Shown here: piece by piece, positions 60,778-64,000 of the stretch
Numbering within the stretch: position 1 is the first letter of the stretch
How the letters are laid out: the number at the start of each line of letters is the position of its first letter
Source: Eledone cirrhosa
Taxonomy: Eukaryota
Assembly: GCA_964016885.1 (NCBI GenBank)
Contig: OZ024746.1
Span: 33,108,001 to 33,172,000, forward strand
Length of the DNA: 64,000 bases
Reading direction: 5' to 3'
Notes under the pieces: model-generated
The model's input: the letters and a program-made list of their open reading frames with translations, nothing else
What the model was told of the DNA's origin: nothing
Database searches by the model: none
Made by a program: the position numbers and the translations under genes

Positions 60778-60885
60778 GATATTTATAGCTCTGGTTTATC
60801 CAAACTATTGAGCCCTTTGCCATACATTTCGAAGATTGTGTTTCGTTATTTCGTGGGCCGAGATTCCGATTCTCAATTATTTATT

Positions 60886-60926
<41 letters not shown>

Positions 60927-60928
<2 letters not shown>

Positions 60929-61110
60929 GATATTAACAAGTGGAAACTATATTTATAAAACCATATCTATTTTATTATACATATTTCAAGGATACCATGT
61001 TAAATTATGGTATGCTTTCATCAGACAAAATAGAATATATACCAGTTTTATAAATAAATATTGACATACCTTTACAAAATGCAACTGTTACTTTTGGAAG
61101 ACATCGGGAT
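60927..61110 (-). mobile_element. Family A single arm (copy 7) with intact - strand hammerhead
   Basis: High identity to 12159-12330; tttc...tcatcag present. Confidence 0.8.
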
Positions 61111-61125
61111 AGTATATATATATAG

Positions 61126-61167
<42 letters not shown>

Positions 61168-61534
61168 AATATAAATTAGCGAGAATCGTATTTCGGCTAT
61201 TAGAAATTAGCGGAAAACAACTTCCGAGATGTGTAAATAGCGGTCAATAGATTCTAACGAACCAGAGCTACAATATACGTTAAAAGGCCAAATACACTGA
61301 GACGATGGTTAAACAATTATCCGCACAGCCATAGAAACGACCAAGTAAATCGGTTCAAACAAATAAAAAAATATGATTGAAAAATATGATTGAAAAATAT
61401 ATATACTTAAATATATATGCTTAAACTTTAATCTGTTATTTTAATAATTATTTGCTCTACGGTTCTTATATATTTGATATTTATTTATCCTTATCGAGCC
61501 CTCTTTGGATTTTAGTCTTCAAATTTATTATTAT

Positions 61535-61593
<59 letters not shown>

Positions 61594-61653
61594 CATACAC
61601 AGATATATATGTGTGTGTATATATATATATATACATACATAAATACACAGATA

Positions 61654-61709
<56 letters not shown>

Positions 61710-61725
61710 CATACACAGATATATA

Positions 61726-61780
<55 letters not shown>

Positions 61781-61781
61781 C

Positions 61782-61968
61782 TGTTTCTACTTTTTGGCAC
61801 AAGGCCAACAATTACACAGTACATTACTGGTACTTTATTTTATCGACCCCGTAAGGATGAAAGGCAAAGTTAACCTCGGCGGGATTTGAACTCAGATCAT
61901 AAAGGGACATAACTATGGTAGAAAGCATGGCGTCTGACCCTCTACAGATACTACCAATTCACCACCCT
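61782..61968 (-). mobile_element. SINE S1
   Basis: Reverse complement of full-length S1. Confidence 0.88.
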
Positions 61969-62262
61969 TATATATATATAACGAAGGAAATGTGGTAAGG
62001 AGCCAGATGGACCATAACGCACCAAAGTACTCAATACTTAGAGTAGTAGAGTGAGTAATAGGAACAAGTAGGGCCCCGACGGCGGAAATCAAGCCGTTTC
62101 GACGGGTAATTCTGGACTAATTAGCAGTCGAAACGGCTTGAGCTCAGCCGTCGGGGTCCTACTTGTTGCTATATATATATATATATATATAATTTGTTTG
62201 TTAAAATATATATGTATAAAATATATATATATGTATATATGTATATATATATATATATGTCT

Positions 62263-63114
62263 TTTTTTCCGTTTGTCATTTTCGGTGCACCCGGCCGATT
62301 AACCCACTCGATATGAAAATTGGGCTACTCAGCCGTTAATATGCATAAGGTAAGTATATACGTTCAACAATCTGGCAGGAAGGTATACGTTGCTGACGAT
62401 AGCTAATAAGCTTGAAACTAGAACAGCGTTCCTTTGTCAGTGTTGATAAACGAGCAACGATGGTTGCTGGACACTACGGCTTAATACGGGATGTTTGTTT
62501 AGAAACACACCGAGCATTATAATAAATGTTCGGTGAATCCATACGTACATATATATATGTGTGCATGTATGTATATATATATACATACTACTGTACGTCT
62601 GCATACATGTATGTATGTACGTGTACATACTTATATTTAAGTAACAGCCGTACGGGGAATGGAAAATGAAATTTCGTTTCATTTTTTCCGTTTCTCGTTT
62701 TCGGTGCACCCGGCCGATTAACCCACGTGATATGCAAATTGGGCTACTTAGCCGTTAATATGCATAAGGTAAGTATATACGTTCAACAATCTGGCAGGAA
62801 GGTATACGTTGCTGACGATAGCTAATAAGCTTGAAACTAGTACAGCGTTCCTTTGTCAGTGTTGACAAACGAGCAACGATGGTTGCTGGACACTACGGCT
62901 TAATACGGGATGTTTGTTTAGAAACACACCGAGCATTATAATAAATGTTCGGTGAATCCATACGTACATATATATGTGTGCATGTATGTATATATATATA
63001 TATACATACTACTGTACGTCTGTATACATGTAAGTATGCACGTGTACATACTTATATTTAAGTAACAGCCGTACTGTGAGTGGGAAATGAAATTTCGTTT
63101 CATTTTTACCGTTT
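62263..63114 (+). mobile_element. Head-to-tail dimer of a ~419-nt hammerhead-containing monomer (family I, retrozyme-like)
   Basis: Period 419 (cggtgcacccggccg at 62283 and 62702); acgttg-CTGACGA-tagc taataa gctt-GAAA-ctag-TA-cagcgt at 62806-62848; the copy at 62387-62429 has AA instead of TA. Confidence 0.88.
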
Positions 63115-63217
63115 ATATATATATATATATGTATATATATATTATATATATAATATATAATATATGATATATATATATATATATTATATATATAATATAT
63201 AATATATGATATATATA

Positions 63218-63258
<41 letters not shown>

Positions 63259-63281
63259 ATATATAATATATGATATATATA

Positions 63282-63444
<163 letters not shown>

Positions 63445-63622
63445 GTAGGAGGTGAGATTTATTGTAGTACAATAAAGCAATGCAGATATCGGATAAGAAG
63501 CACTCTACAGTTTGTAGGACTGGAGTATACATAATATAAGATCAAAAGATGGTTAAAGGAGTTCCATTGAAATGCGCATAATAAAATACATGGAACTCCT
63601 TTAACCATCTTTTGATCTTATA

Positions 63623-63698
<76 letters not shown>

Positions 63699-63699
63699 C

Positions 63700-63731
<32 letters not shown>

Positions 63732-63803
63732 CATATATTATATATTATATATATAATATTATGATATATATTTTCGCCATAATAATTGTCTTTTTCTCCC
63801 TGT

Positions 63804-63839
<36 letters not shown>

Positions 63840-63853
63840 CATATATTATATAT

Positions 63854-63884
<31 letters not shown>

Positions 63885-64000
63885 ATTCCCTGAAATGAAT
63901 ATATAAATAATTATCTTTCAACATATATGGATTAGTTACACCTCCAACAACCATCCAACGAGATCCCCCCCTCCCCATGCCTTCGTACGTACGTAAACCT

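Overview
AT-rich, microsatellite-saturated metazoan non-coding DNA. The tRNA-derived SINE family and the density of (TA)n and (CA)n resemble an octopus or other coleoid cephalopod; this assignment is an inference. I found no convincing host-gene exon, and most ORFs in the track are translated microsatellites. Recognisable coding remnants are all transposable elements: a near-intact R4/Dong-clade RT+RLE retroposon with one premature stop, a second Dong-like family in (TAA)n, a decayed RTE LINE, two DD37D (maT) Tc1/mariner elements, a mariner, a Chapaev-3-like fragment and a Penelope-like GIY-YIG fragment. The main unannotated signal lies between the (TA)n tracts. About ten unrelated small non-coding repeat families carry type I hammerhead ribozyme motifs or their 3' halves (stem I-CUGANGA-stem II-GAAA-loop-UH), usually with a palindromic loop 3. 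They occur in three forms: two circularly permuted copies of a ~332-nt monomer, an exact head-to-tail dimer of a ~419-nt monomer, and fold-back insertions with a one-sided tail. Together these suggest a diverse retrozyme-like/Penelope-dependent circular-RNA mobile system targeting (TA)n. All structures were paired by eye and none was computed.
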